Shown: positions 19,006 through 29,590, counted from the stretch's first letter. The stretch is 64,000 bases of DNA from Deltaproteobacteria bacterium (GCA_018434685.1 JAHDOV010000004.1:348808-412807), one strand, 5' to 3'. Made by a program: numbers and translations. The notes: generated from the sequence alone by a model not told the origin.

Positions 19006-21177
19006 ATGAAATACATGCAGGTGGAAACAACCGGCGATGGCATAATGGCGGTAACCATAGACTGTCCGAAGTCAAGGGTGAACAAGGTGTCCAGCGGTTT
19101 GCTCGGAGAGATATCGGACCTGCTCGACAAGATAGAAAAGGATGTGACCCTCAAGGGGCTCGTCATTCTCAGTGCCAAGGATGACAACTTCGTGGTGGGG
19201 GCCGATGTGGATGAGCTCAGTGCCATGAAGAAGAAGGAAGAGGTGATCACCTATATTTCCAAGGCGCACGAGGTGCTCGCCCGGATAGAGGCCCTGCCCA
19301 TACCGGTGGTATCCGTGATCCACGGCAACTGCCTGGGAGGAGGGCTCGAGCTGACGCTCGTGACCGACTACCGCATGGCCTCGAACTCGACCAAGACTGT
19401 CATGGGGCTTCCCGAGGTGCAGCTCGGACTCATCCCTGCCGCAGGGGGGACCCAGAGGCTGCCGCGTCTCATCGGGCTGGCCAATGCGTTGCCGCTCATG
19501 CTTACCGGAGGGAACGTGAGGCCGAAAAAGGCCCTCAGGCTGGGACTCATCGATGAGATCGTCATGCCCTTCGGCATGAGGGAGGCAGCGTTGAAGAAGG
19601 CTGCGGAACTGGCGTCGAACATGGGCATGGTCAAGGCGAAAAAACGCTCTCTCAAGGATGCCGTGATCAATACCTTGCTGGAGAAGACGCCGCAGGGGCG
19701 GAATATCGTGTTCTCCAAGGCAAGGGCCCAGGTCATGAGGCAGACACAGGGTCTCTACCCGGCCGCGCTCGCCATCATCTCATCGGTGGAATTCGGACTG
19801 AAGCACGGGGTGGAAAGAGGCCTGAAAAACGACATCAGGATCTTTGCCGACCTGGTCATGGACGGCAAGTCAAAGGCGCTCAGGAGCCTGTTCGAGGGGA
19901 TGACCGCTCTCAAGAAAAACCCACTGGAGAAAAAGGTGAGGCCGGTGGAGAAAATGGCGGTTATCGGGTGCGGACTCATGGGGCACGGCATTGCCTCGGT
20001 GTCCACGTCGCTGTGCGATACGATCCTCATGAAGGATGTCTCCCTCGATGCCGCGGCAGCGGGCATGAAAGAGATCTCCAAGGGGCTCGCAAAGCGGGCG
20101 AAGTCAGGGGCAATAGCGCCGTTCGACGCCGATGCCCAGTACGGAAAGCTCGTCCCCTGCAATGACTACTCCCTGTTTTCGAAGTGCGGGCTCGTCGTCG
20201 AGGCGGTTTTCGAGGATATCGACCTGAAAAGAAAGATCCTCTCCGAGGTGGAGGCGGTCACGGATCAGGACACCATCTTTGCATCGAACACGTCGGCGCT
20301 GCCCATATCGCACATTGCTCTCGGGTGCAAACGGCCGGAGAACGTCATCGGCATGCACTACTTCTCCCCGGTGCCGAAGATGCCGCTGCTCGAGATCATC
20401 ACCACCGAGGCGACCGCTGACTGGGTCGAGGCAACGGCCCTGGAGTTCGGCATCAGGCAGGGGAAGACCTGTATCGTGGTCAAGGACGGGCCCGGATTCT
20501 ACACCACCCGTATCCTCGTCCCGCTGTTGAACGAGTCCATGGCGCTCGTGGAAGAGGGGGCAGATGCCAAGGAGATCGATACGGCCATGAAGCTCTTCGG
20601 GTACCCGGTGGGGCCCATTACCCTCGTGGATGAGCTCGGCATCGATGTGGCGGCGCACGTGGCAAGGGGAGAGATCAAGAAGCTCTTCGAGGCCAGGGGA
20701 CTCAAGGCCTCTGATGGCTACACCAGGCTGTTCGAGCAGGGGTACAAGGGCAGGAAGAATAAAAAGGGATTCTATCTCTACGATGCGCCCAAAAAGAAAG
20801 GGATGTTCTCCTTCGGCAGAAAAAATGGCGGCAGGCCCATAAACACCCATGTCTACGACATCCTCGGCGGTGAGAGAAAATCCTTTGACCGGGGGGAGAT
20901 TCAGGACCGGCTCAGCCTCGCAATGATCAATGAGGCGGTGCTCTGCCTGCAGGAGGGTATCCTCTCCTGTGCCAGAGACGGAGATATCGGCGCGGTGTTC
21001 GGGCTGGGCTTCCCGCCGTTTACCGGGGGTCCGTTCAGGTATGTCGACTCTGTGGGAGCAGCGGCTGTCGTGGACAGGATGAAGCGCCTTGAAGAAACCC
21101 GGGGAGCGCTCTACAGGCCTGCAGAACTCCTGGTGGAGATGGCATCGAAGGGGAAGAAGTTCCGGGAAAAGCTGTAG
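19006..21177 (+). CDS. fadJ: multifunctional fatty acid oxidation complex alpha subunit (enoyl-CoA hydratase / 3-hydroxyacyl-CoA dehydrogenase)
   Basis: 723 aa. N-terminal crotonase domain (IHGNCLGGGLELTL) plus C-terminal NAD-binding 3-HAD domain (MAVIGCGLMGHGIA). Confidence 0.9.
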   Translation: MKYMQVETTGDGIMAVTIDCPKSRVNKVSSGLLGEISDLLDKIEKDVTLKGLVILSAKDDNFVVGADVDELSAMKKKEEVITYISKAHEVLARIEALPIPVVSVIHGNCLGGGLELTLVTDYRMASNSTKTVMGLPEVQLGLIPAAGGTQRLPRLIGLANALPLMLTGGNVRPKKALRLGLIDEIVMPFGMREAALKKAAELASNMGMVKAKKRSLKDAVINTLLEKTPQGRNIVFSKARAQVMRQTQGLYPAALAIISSVEFGLKHGVERGLKNDIRIFADLVMDGKSKALRSLFEGMTALKKNPLEKKVRPVEKMAVIGCGLMGHGIASVSTSLCDTILMKDVSLDAAAAGMKEISKGLAKRAKSGAIAPFDADAQYGKLVPCNDYSLFSKCGLVVEAVFEDIDLKRKILSEVEAVTDQDTIFASNTSALPISHIALGCKRPENVIGMHYFSPVPKMPLLEIITTEATADWVEATALEFGIRQGKTCIVVKDGPGFYTTRILVPLLNESMALVEEGADAKEIDTAMKLFGYPVGPITLVDELGIDVAAHVARGEIKKLFEARGLKASDGYTRLFEQGYKGRKNKKGFYLYDAPKKKGMFSFGRKNGGRPINTHVYDILGGERKSFDRGEIQDRLSLAMINEAVLCLQEGILSCARDGDIGAVFGLGFPPFTGGPFRYVDSVGAAAVVDRMKRLEETRGALYRPAELLVEMASKGKKFREKL

Positions 21178-21268
21178 CTCCCACCGGCAGGGGAATACGG
21201 GGGTCTGAGGAACCGTGGAAAGGCCCCCGTGACCGGGGAGTATGGCCACGGGGAACGCTGCAGAAAGG

Positions 21269-22018
21269 TTACGCCTCTGCCCGTGCGATCGCCTTTTTGA
21301 GTGACTTCTCGATATAATCGATATGGGTTATCGTGGCATCCCGTGCCGCATCAGTGCTCCTGCTGGCGATGGCCTTGTATATGGCAAAGAGCTGCTGAAC
21401 GATCTTCCTCGAACTGCCTTCGATGAGGGAGAGCTTGTCCCTGCTGTACGGGAACGCATCTGCAAAGATGCTGTCTATGGATTTTCGCAGATACCCAAAG
21501 ACCGTATTCTTTGTCGATGCGGCAATGAGGTCGAAGAACTCCGTGTAGAGCCGGGTCCCCTCTCCGGCATTGTGGAGGATATCGTCGACCCCGAGATTCA
21601 GTGCCCTTTCGCAGAGATTCTTCATGGCAGCGAGGTCTTTTTTCGTGGCACGGGTGCATGCACAGGAGGCGGCCTCTGAGTCGAGAAAACGCCTCACGCT
21701 CAAGAGCTCCCAGATCTTCTGGGGGTCGATGGCGATGAGGTTCCCAATGGGTGATTCCGAATTCTCCTGAGGAATGGTGATAAATTTGCCCCTTCGATCG
21801 AGGGACTTGATGAAGCCCCGTGCCTCCAGGAGCTTCATGGCCTCTCTCAGGGAGATCCTGCTGATGCCGAAGAGCTTGGTCATCTTCTGCTCTGAGGGGA
21901 GTTTGTCTCCTGGCCTCAACGCGCCCTGTGTTATGAGATCCATGATCTGTTTGGCTACAAGTGTTGGAATCTTTGGTGCTTTTTCTATCCTCGAAATGAG
22001 AGGGTTCTTCGCATTCAT
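21269..22018 (-). CDS. GntR/FadR-family transcriptional regulator
   Basis: wHTH (KLPSEQKMTKLFGISRISLREAMKLLEARGFI) plus FCD domain. Convergent with the fad operon end. Confidence 0.75.
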   Translation of the reverse strand: MNAKNPLISRIEKAPKIPTLVAKQIMDLITQGALRPGDKLPSEQKMTKLFGISRISLREAMKLLEARGFIKSLDRRGKFITIPQENSESPIGNLIAIDPQKIWELLSVRRFLDSEAASCACTRATKKDLAAMKNLCERALNLGVDDILHNAGEGTRLYTEFFDLIAASTKNTVFGYLRKSIDSIFADAFPYSRDKLSLIEGSSRKIVQQLFAIYKAIASRSTDAARDATITHIDYIEKSLKKAIARAEA

Positions 22019-22296
22019 ATCCGACCTCTCAGTACATTATATGATAAACTTATAGTCATATAACTATATATAATACAAAAATAAAGAGGATTGTCCAGGC
22101 CTGGAGAGGTGATGCATAGTTTTCCGCCGGCACCGGTTCTTCGGGTGAGAGGAACCCCCTGTATGGTTCGAACCTGCCATGTTCCAGGGGAGAAGCGGCA
22201 TGAAACGCTCCTTCAGAGGGAGCGGCTCGCTTGAGGTATTGCAGCGTTGTTCATGTTCGGTTATAGTCAGCTCATGTTCAGGAGAGGCTGCAGGAG

Positions 22297-23337
22297 ATGA
22301 AGGTCTACACGCGTCTGGAGATTGAAGAGCTCCTTGCCCGGGTACAGGAAAACGAGGAGACTGCAGGGAAATTCTTCGAGGTGGAGATGAGTGTGCTCTC
22401 CACGCTCGATTTCCGGGAGTTTTTCGAAGAACTGCTCACCAAGATCAGGGAGAGGTTCAGTGTCCCCTATGTGTGGCTGTCCATGATAGCATCGAGCAAG
22501 GCGACCCGGCTCATCCATTCCTTTGCCGCATCACATGTCCTGGGTGCACAGCTCGGTTTCGTGGAGAAAGAGGTTTTCGGGGAGATCCTCAACGGGAGCA
22601 CAAAGCCCTGCCTGTGCAACGAACATCTTCACCGCTTCAAGCCGCTTCTCCCCGACGCCAGGGGGTATGTGTTCAACTCCATCGCGGTGGTGCCCATCAG
22701 CCTCGATGGAGAACCCATGGGGAGCCTGAATTTTGCGGATATCAGGAGCGAGCGGTTTACCCCGGATATCGATACCAGTCTCCTCGAACAGCTCGGGGTG
22801 GTGGTTTCCATCTGTCTGTCCAATGTTGCGGCCCACGAGGAGCTCCGCGCGCTGGCATTCAAGGACCCCCTGACCGGGCTCCTGAACCGCAGGGCCATGG
22901 AGAGGGCTCTGGAACGGGAGTTCGAACGGGCGAGACGCTACAAGTCGGAGCTGACCCTCGTGTTTGTCGACCTCGACGGGTTCAAGCTCGTAAACGACAG
23001 TTTCGGACACGACAGCGGTGACGACCTGCTCGTCCATGTCGCAACCTCTCTCTCGGGACTCAGCAGGGGCAGCGATATCGTTGCCCGGTTTGCCGGGGAC
23101 GAGTTCATCCTCATCCTCCCCGAGACCGATTGCGGAGAGGCGGAGAGATTCATGAAGCGGATACAGGCATACTTGCTCGAGCATCCTTTTGTGATCCGGG
23201 AGAAGTCTATCGCGGTGCAGCTGAGCTTTGGCATCGCGAGTGCCTCGGACGAGGGGATCGATGACATGGCCGCGTTTCTGAAAAAAGCGGATCAGGCCCT
23301 CTATGAGGACAAGGCACGCAAAAAGTCCTCAAAATGA
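22297..23337 (+). CDS. DUF484/GAF-like sensor - diguanylate cyclase with degenerate A-site (AGDEF instead of GGDEF)
   Basis: C-terminal GGDEF domain (LTGLLNRRAMERAL...RFAGDEFILIL) and N-terminal DUF484-like region. Confidence 0.7.
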   Translation: MKVYTRLEIEELLARVQENEETAGKFFEVEMSVLSTLDFREFFEELLTKIRERFSVPYVWLSMIASSKATRLIHSFAASHVLGAQLGFVEKEVFGEILNGSTKPCLCNEHLHRFKPLLPDARGYVFNSIAVVPISLDGEPMGSLNFADIRSERFTPDIDTSLLEQLGVVVSICLSNVAAHEELRALAFKDPLTGLLNRRAMERALEREFERARRYKSELTLVFVDLDGFKLVNDSFGHDSGDDLLVHVATSLSGLSRGSDIVARFAGDEFILILPETDCGEAERFMKRIQAYLLEHPFVIREKSIAVQLSFGIASASDEGIDDMAAFLKKADQALYEDKARKKSSK

Positions 23338-23563
23338 TCATGGAGGTGCCTTGCGCCAAGGGAGTGTGCCTGCCCCCTCCCCGGAGATTTCCCCGATCCC
23401 CCTGAATCTCCGGAAGAAAGAGTTGGGATTGTCCAACGTGCCTCAATAGTATATAGTGTGACAAAACCTCAGAGGGAAATGGCCTGTTGTTGAAGAACAG
23501 CACAGTTATTCAGATAATTACCTGAAAGACAAAATACTTTTTTACTATTGAGAGAGGGGTTGT

Positions 23564-25084
23564 ATGGGCGAAAAGATCGGATTTGATAACGAGCGCTATA
23601 TCACTGAACAGACCAGCTCCATCCTCGAGCGGGTGAGACGGTTCAACAATAAGCTGTACCTCGAATTCGGCGGGAAGCTCCTGTATGACTATCATGCAGC
23701 CCGCGTTCTGCCCGGGTATGATCCGAACGTGAAGATGAGGCTCTTGAAGGAGCTCAAGGACAAGGCGGACATCCTGCTGTGTATTTACGCAGGCGATATC
23801 GAGAGGAAAAAGATCCGTGCGGATTTCGGCATCACCTATGATTCGGATGCCTTGAAGCTCATCGACGACCTCAAGGGCTGGGACGTCAATGTCCTGGGCG
23901 TTGTCATCACCCGGTTTGAAGGCCAGCCCGCTGCAACGCTGTTCAAGAACAAGCTGGAAAGGAGGGGGATCAAGGTATTCAGACACCGCTATACCAAGGG
24001 CTATCCCACGGATATAGACCTTATTGTCAGCGATGAGGGGTACGGGGCGAACGACTACATAGAAACGAACAAGCCCCTCGTGATCGTTACCGGTCCGGGG
24101 CCGGGCAGCGGCAAACTGGCGACGTGCCTGTCCCAGATGTACCATGACTACAAGCGGGGTATGCAGTCGGGTTATGCCAAGTTCGAGACCTTCCCCATCT
24201 GGAACATCCCTCTCAAGCACCCGGCGAACATTGCCTATGAGGCGGCTACCGCCGATATCAGGGATTTCAACCTCATCGACCCCTTTCATCTCGAGGCCTA
24301 CGGAGAAACTTCCGTCAACTACAACCGCGATGTGGAGGTGTTCCCGGTCCTGCGGAGGATCCTGGAGAAAATCACCCAGACGGATTCCTTCTACAAGTCG
24401 CCAACGGACATGGGGGTGAACCGGGCGGGTTTTGCCATCACCGACGATGAAGTGGTGCGGGAAGCCTCGCGCCAGGAGGTGATCAGGCGTTATTTCCGCT
24501 ACCAGTGTGAATATGCCATGGGGTTTGCCGACAAGGAGACCGTTCAGCGGGTCGAGCTGTTCATCAAGGACTTTAACCTCTCTCCGGAATACCGGCGTGT
24601 CGTTGCCCCCGCCAGACAGGCAGCCGTGGATGCCCAGACCTGTGAGGGCAAGGGCAACGATGGCATCTTCTGCGGTGCGGCAATCGAGCTGAAAGACGGC
24701 TCCGTCATTACCGGCTGCAACTCCCCGCTGATGCATGCCGCATCGAGCGTTATCCTGCACGCCATCAAGCACCTGGCCGAGATACCTGCCAAGATCGAAC
24801 TGCTGCCGCGGACCATCACCGAGTCGGTGAGAAACTTCAAGACCGAGATCCTCAATGAAAAGACGGTGAGTCTCGACCTGGAAGAGGCCCTCGTGGCCCT
24901 GAGCATCAGCGCCACCTCAAACCCTGCGGCACGGCTGGCGATCGAGAAGGTCAAGGACCTTCGAGGGTGCGAAGTGCACATGACCCATATCCCCACACCC
25001 GGTGATGAGGCAGGCCTGAGACGCCTGGGAGTCAATGTGACGAGCGAGCCGAATTTCGCCACGAACAACCTGTATATCTCGTGA
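23564..25084 (+). CDS. DUF1846 (UPF0371) family protein
   Basis: 506 aa, MGEKIGFDNERYITEQTSSILERV...LYLEFGGKLLYDYHAARVLPGYDPN...GPGSGKLATCLSQ pattern recalled for this family. Confidence 0.55.
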   Translation: MGEKIGFDNERYITEQTSSILERVRRFNNKLYLEFGGKLLYDYHAARVLPGYDPNVKMRLLKELKDKADILLCIYAGDIERKKIRADFGITYDSDALKLIDDLKGWDVNVLGVVITRFEGQPAATLFKNKLERRGIKVFRHRYTKGYPTDIDLIVSDEGYGANDYIETNKPLVIVTGPGPGSGKLATCLSQMYHDYKRGMQSGYAKFETFPIWNIPLKHPANIAYEAATADIRDFNLIDPFHLEAYGETSVNYNRDVEVFPVLRRILEKITQTDSFYKSPTDMGVNRAGFAITDDEVVREASRQEVIRRYFRYQCEYAMGFADKETVQRVELFIKDFNLSPEYRRVVAPARQAAVDAQTCEGKGNDGIFCGAAIELKDGSVITGCNSPLMHAASSVILHAIKHLAEIPAKIELLPRTITESVRNFKTEILNEKTVSLDLEEALVALSISATSNPAARLAIEKVKDLRGCEVHMTHIPTPGDEAGLRRLGVNVTSEPNFATNNLYIS

Positions 25085-25241
25085 GGGAGAAGGATTGATT
25101 ACAGAATCCAGAAGAAAAGAATAGAGAATCCACGAGCGATCTTCCCGATAGGGGCGGACCAACTCCTGTTCTCTCCTGGATTCTGAATCCGGTCTTGAGT
25201 ATTTTTTCTTCCGAATACTGAATACTGGATTCCGTCTTTTT

Positions 25242-26702
25242 CTATTTTTTCTTCTTTTTCGTGTTCAGTGCCTGCTGGAGCTTTTCTCCCAGGGTGCTGA
25301 CCGACTCGGTCTTGGCGGTGGAGAACTTCCTCCAGTCATCCTCGTCGCGGGAATCGCCAGGGGCTAGGGTGATCCTGCGCTGATCGGCATCGATCTCTTC
25401 GATGACAACCATGATGCGCTCGCCCACCTGTTTTTTCTCCAGGGATGCGGGGTCATGAAATCTGCTGATCCTGGATTTCGGCAGAAGGCCCGTGATGCCG
25501 GGTTCCAGGGTGATGAAATAGCCGAACTGCTCCTTCTTCTCTATGGCGCCCTCTATGGCCTGATCAACCCGGTATTTTCCCGTAATGTCGATCCAGGGGT
25601 CTCCTTCTGCGTCCTTCATGCTCAGAGAGATCCGTTTCTGATTCGTGTCGATCTCTTTGATCATGACGGAGATGGTTTCGCCGGCCGATACGAGGTCCTG
25701 GGGTTTGAGCACGCGTTCTTTATAGCTCATCTCGGATATGTGCACCAGACCCTCTACACCGGGTTCGATCTCGACGAAGCAGCCGTAGTCCATGCACCGG
25801 GTCACCTTTCCGGTTGTCTTGTCCCCGTACTTAAACCTCTGGGTTACGCTCTCCCACGGGTCGGAACCGACCTGCTTCATGGACAGCGAGAGCTTTTTCT
25901 CCCCCTTTGCAGCGTCCTGCTGGATCCCGATCACCTTCACCCTGATGGTGTCACCGGCATGCAGGATTTCTTCGGGGCTTCCCAGTCGCGACCAGCTCAT
26001 CTCGGATATGTGCACCATGCCTTCCACACCGGGAGACAGCTCGACAAATGCACCATAGGGCATGAGTTTGCTCACCCTGGCCTCGTGGATGTCTCCCACG
26101 GACAGGGTTTCATAAAAGGCAGTCCGTGCTTTGAGCTGTTCCTTCTCCAGGAGAGACCGTCTGGAGATCACGATGTTCTTGCCCCCCTCCTCGAGATCCA
26201 TGAGGAGAAAGTGGAACGTCTGCCCCACGTAGTCCTCGGGGTGTTCCACGTAGACCGTGTCTATCTGGCTTATCGGGCAGAAGGCCCTCCGTTTCATGAC
26301 CTCTACGTTGAAGCCGCCCTTGCAGACCTCGATGACCTTGCCCTCGATGGGGACGGCATGGTCATAGGCCTCCTGGAGCATGTTCAGCCCGCCGATGCCC
26401 GATATGGCACGGGAAAGCTTGATCTCTCCGCCGCGCAGCGACACGACGTATAATTCGACGGTGTCCCCGACGGCATAGGGCAGGGTTCCGTCTTCATCGG
26501 CGAGTTCAGCCGTGTCCACGATGCCGTCGATCTTGCGTCCCGTATCCACGAAGATGCTCTCTCGTCCGATGGAGATGATTGTGCCGGTGATCTTGTCGCC
26601 TACCTGGATCGCATCCCCTGCATCGGGGGCATAGGAATCCAGGAGATCGGCCATAGAGGTTTTTTCTTCTTCAGTGGTCTTATCGTCGGTTGAATCAGAC
26701 AT
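25242..26702 (-). CDS. S1 RNA-binding domain protein (four tandem S1 domains; ribosomal protein S1-like)
   Basis: Repeated S1 motifs (G.V..I...GAFV.L..GVEGL.HISE), acidic N-terminus and Lys-rich C-terminus. Confidence 0.75.
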   Translation of the reverse strand: MSDSTDDKTTEEEKTSMADLLDSYAPDAGDAIQVGDKITGTIISIGRESIFVDTGRKIDGIVDTAELADEDGTLPYAVGDTVELYVVSLRGGEIKLSRAISGIGGLNMLQEAYDHAVPIEGKVIEVCKGGFNVEVMKRRAFCPISQIDTVYVEHPEDYVGQTFHFLLMDLEEGGKNIVISRRSLLEKEQLKARTAFYETLSVGDIHEARVSKLMPYGAFVELSPGVEGMVHISEMSWSRLGSPEEILHAGDTIRVKVIGIQQDAAKGEKKLSLSMKQVGSDPWESVTQRFKYGDKTTGKVTRCMDYGCFVEIEPGVEGLVHISEMSYKERVLKPQDLVSAGETISVMIKEIDTNQKRISLSMKDAEGDPWIDITGKYRVDQAIEGAIEKKEQFGYFITLEPGITGLLPKSRISRFHDPASLEKKQVGERIMVVIEEIDADQRRITLAPGDSRDEDDWRKFSTAKTESVSTLGEKLQQALNTKKKKK

Positions 26703-26821
26703 GGGTCCTTCTCCTCATAGTATGTATAAGGTTAGGGGATGGTATAGAAAAAAATATGTGGAGTAAAGAACAATTATGCAGGGGGCGGACAACGCACGGG
26801 CCAAGGGGTGAAGTCCGGCAG

Positions 26822-26861
26822 AAAAAAAGGCCCGTTGTTATCAACGGGCCCGGCTCTTTTT
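26822..26861 (-). terminator. rho-independent terminator (bidirectional hairpin) after paaK
   Basis: AAAAAAA-GGCCCGTTG-ttat-CAACGGGCC-cggctcTTTTT. Confidence 0.7.
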
Positions 26862-26893
26862 AACCTGATGGTGACTTCAGCTTCGGATGAATC

Positions 26894-28183
26894 CTAAAGT
26901 GTCCGGTTGTCGATGACCCGAACAGCCTTGCCCTGGGCGACCGGAATGCTTCCCGGCTCGCACAGGTCCACTTCCGGGGTGATCAGGATCTCGTCCCTGA
27001 GCTCGCGTACGATCTTCTGCCGCAGAGATTCCAGGGCCTTGTACTCATCGACAAACATGTTCGGATCGAGCTCGACCTTGACGATCATGTGGTCATTGTG
27101 TCCCTTGGTCTCGAGGATGATCTGATAGTTGCGGCCCACGCCCGGAATCCCGATGAGCACGGCTTCTACCTGGATGGGGAAGATGTTTACCCCCTTGAGG
27201 ATCATCATGTCATCGCTGCGGCCGGTGATGCGCTGCAGCCGCTTGTGGGTTCTTCCGCACGGACACGTGCCCGGGAGGATCGAGGTGAGGTCCTTGGTGC
27301 GGTAGCGGATGATGGGCATGGCCTCCCGGTTCAGGGTCGTAATCACGAGCTCTCCCTGCTCGCCGTCGGGCACGGGCTCGAGCGTATCCGGGTTTACGAT
27401 CTCCACGTAGTAGTTGTCTTCCCAGATGTGCGTGCCGTTCTTCTCCGGACATTCAAAGGCAACGCCGGGGCCGTTCATCTCGGAGAGCCCATAGGAGTTG
27501 AAGACATCTATCCCGAAGAAGTCCTCTACCTTTTTCCTCGTCTCCTCGGAGTATGGTTCTGCCCCCATGATGGCAGACTTGAAGTGGGGGAACTCCTTTT
27601 TCGGGTCGATGCCCATTGAATCGAGGGTATCGGCAAGGTGCATGGCATAGCTCGGGATCACGTGGATCACGGTGACGTCGAACTCCTTCATGAACTTGAG
27701 CTGCCGCTTCGTGTTGCCGGGGCCGGAAGGTATGGTGAGGCACCCGAGCCGTTCGGCACCGTAGTGCAGTCCGAGGCCGCCGGTAAACAGGCCGTATCCG
27801 ATCATGTTCAGGAACACGTCGTTCTTGCGTACCCCCATCATGTACATGCACCGGGTAACGAGCTCGGTCCACGTGTCGATATCCTTCTTGCTGTGATATA
27901 CGACCGTCGGTATCCCTGTGGTGCCCGACGATGAGTGGAGCCTGATCACCTCGTCGAGCGATGTGCACACCATGCCGTATGGATAGGCATCGCGGAGATC
28001 CTGTTTTGTGGTCAGCGGCAGCTTCTTGATGTCCGACAGGTCGTCAATGGCATAATCCCCAATGCCACGTGCCTTGTAGAAAGGGGATTGTGCTGCCCTT
28101 CGTAAGGTATCCTGAAGCCGTTGTAGCTGCAGTCCCTGCAAGTGGTCATAGCTGATACATTCGTTGGTTTTGTCCCAGTACAC
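26894..28183 (-). CDS. paaK: phenylacetate-CoA ligase family protein
   Basis: PaaK-type motifs (SSGTTGIPTVVYH, YGLSE, ILKGVNIFPIQVE) and length (429 aa). Confidence 0.85.
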   Translation of the reverse strand: MYWDKTNECISYDHLQGLQLQRLQDTLRRAAQSPFYKARGIGDYAIDDLSDIKKLPLTTKQDLRDAYPYGMVCTSLDEVIRLHSSSGTTGIPTVVYHSKKDIDTWTELVTRCMYMMGVRKNDVFLNMIGYGLFTGGLGLHYGAERLGCLTIPSGPGNTKRQLKFMKEFDVTVIHVIPSYAMHLADTLDSMGIDPKKEFPHFKSAIMGAEPYSEETRKKVEDFFGIDVFNSYGLSEMNGPGVAFECPEKNGTHIWEDNYYVEIVNPDTLEPVPDGEQGELVITTLNREAMPIIRYRTKDLTSILPGTCPCGRTHKRLQRITGRSDDMMILKGVNIFPIQVEAVLIGIPGVGRNYQIILETKGHNDHMIVKVELDPNMFVDEYKALESLRQKIVRELRDEILITPEVDLCEPGSIPVAQGKAVRVIDNRTL

Positions 28184-28458
28184 GGATCGGTCCCCCCTTG
28201 TGTGAAATAACAGTTTCTATAGCCCTATCACGTCGGGCCTATACCTGTCAAACCACAGCATGTCCCGGCTTGCATGTTCTGCGGGCAGGGAACCGGAGGG
28301 TACACAAACGGCAGAAAACAGGGGGAGCCGGTCTCAGAGACCAGGCAGGAAGGACACCAGCACGGGCATACCATGCCCTGCGCTCATGGAGATAGAATTC
28401 TAACCCGGCAGGAGGCACCGGGTGCATGTCTTTAGCAAGAGGCTGCCTTCGCCAGGAA

Positions 28459-28818
28459 TTACTGGGCCTGAGCCGGTGCAGGGGGTGCAGCATTCTGCGG
28501 CGAAACAGGTGCCTGATCTGGAGCGGCAGGCAGGGCCGGGGCAGCAGTCTCGGTCTGCTTCTGGGTATCCATGATACTCCGGGACGGTTTTTCAAAGGTA
28601 AAGTATCCCAGAGTCAGAGAGGTGAGCATGAAGAAGACCACGAGCACGCGGGTTGCCTTGTTGAGAAAATCGGCCGGACCTGCCGAGCCGAACAGGGCTT
28701 GACTCCCCGCCCCTCCGAACACCGCTCCGATATCGGCACCCTTGCCCGACTGCAGGAGTACGGAAATGATCAACAAGACCGATACGATGATATGAACAGC
28801 TAACAGAACTCCATACAT
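28459..28818 (-). CDS. secG: preprotein translocase subunit SecG
   Basis: MYGVLLAVHIIVSVLLIISVLLQSGKGADIGAVFGG signature. Pro/Ala-rich tail. Follows tpiA as in the canonical pgk-tpiA-secG arrangement. Confidence 0.85.
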   Translation of the reverse strand: MYGVLLAVHIIVSVLLIISVLLQSGKGADIGAVFGGAGSQALFGSAGPADFLNKATRVLVVFFMLTSLTLGYFTFEKPSRSIMDTQKQTETAAPALPAAPDQAPVSPQNAAPPAPAQAQ

Positions 28819-28825
28819 TTTCTTC

Positions 28826-29581
28826 TCATCCTTTAAATCGTAGTATTCTCTCGAATGAAGCTGCATCCAGGCTGGCACCGCCGACTAAAGCCCCATCGAT
28901 ATCGGACTGTGCCATGAGCGCATCTATAGTTTCGCCTTTTACACTCCCCCCGTAGAGGATCCGCATTTCAGAGGCTGCCGCAGCCCCGAAAAGCCCGGTC
29001 AGCACGGTCCTGATCCACGCATGGACCTCCTGGGCCATCTGGGGTGTCGCGGTCTTGCCGGTACCGATTGCCCAGACCGGTTCATAGGCGATAACGATCG
29101 TGTCTGCCTCGGCAGCCCCAATACCTGCAAGGCCCCCTCTCAGCTGGGTATCCACCACATCGAAGGTCTTGCCGGCTTCGCGTTCCTCGAGGGTTTCTCC
29201 AACGCAGACGATCGGGATCAATCCACCCCGCAGTGCAGCCAGGAGACGCTTGTTTACCGTTTCATCGGTCTCGCCGAAATACTGCCTGCGCTCGGAATGA
29301 CCGATGAGGGTATAGTCTGCCCCGCAGCTTTTGAGCATCCCTGCGCTGATTTCCCCGGTGTAGGCGCCCTGGTCTTCCCAGAAGACGTTCTGAGCCCCGA
29401 TCATGACAGGGGATCCTTCACACGCCTGGGCGAGTGCCTGGATATAGACAACCGGAGGACATATGAGGATATCCCGGTCCGTGACGTCGGAGACCCTCGG
29501 CACGAAGTCTTCTGCAAAGGAGCCTGCCTCGTCGAGACTTTTGAACATCTTCCAGTTGCCTGCTATGAGCGGTTTTCTCAT
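28826..29581 (-). CDS. tpiA: triosephosphate isomerase
   Basis: LIAGNWKM, AYEPVWAIGTGKTA, GGASL motifs. Confidence 0.95.
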   Translation of the reverse strand: MRKPLIAGNWKMFKSLDEAGSFAEDFVPRVSDVTDRDILICPPVVYIQALAQACEGSPVMIGAQNVFWEDQGAYTGEISAGMLKSCGADYTLIGHSERRQYFGETDETVNKRLLAALRGGLIPIVCVGETLEEREAGKTFDVVDTQLRGGLAGIGAAEADTIVIAYEPVWAIGTGKTATPQMAQEVHAWIRTVLTGLFGAAAASEMRILYGGSVKGETIDALMAQSDIDGALVGGASLDAASFERILRFKG

Positions 29582-29590
29582 GATACGGCC

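Noticed and set aside
28184-28458. Expected a tRNA gene downstream of secG (common arrangement) or a small RNA.
   Set aside because: No T-arm/anticodon-arm pattern found by eye. Only a weak 5-bp hairpin. The ORF 28248-28595 there is antisense and low-complexity.
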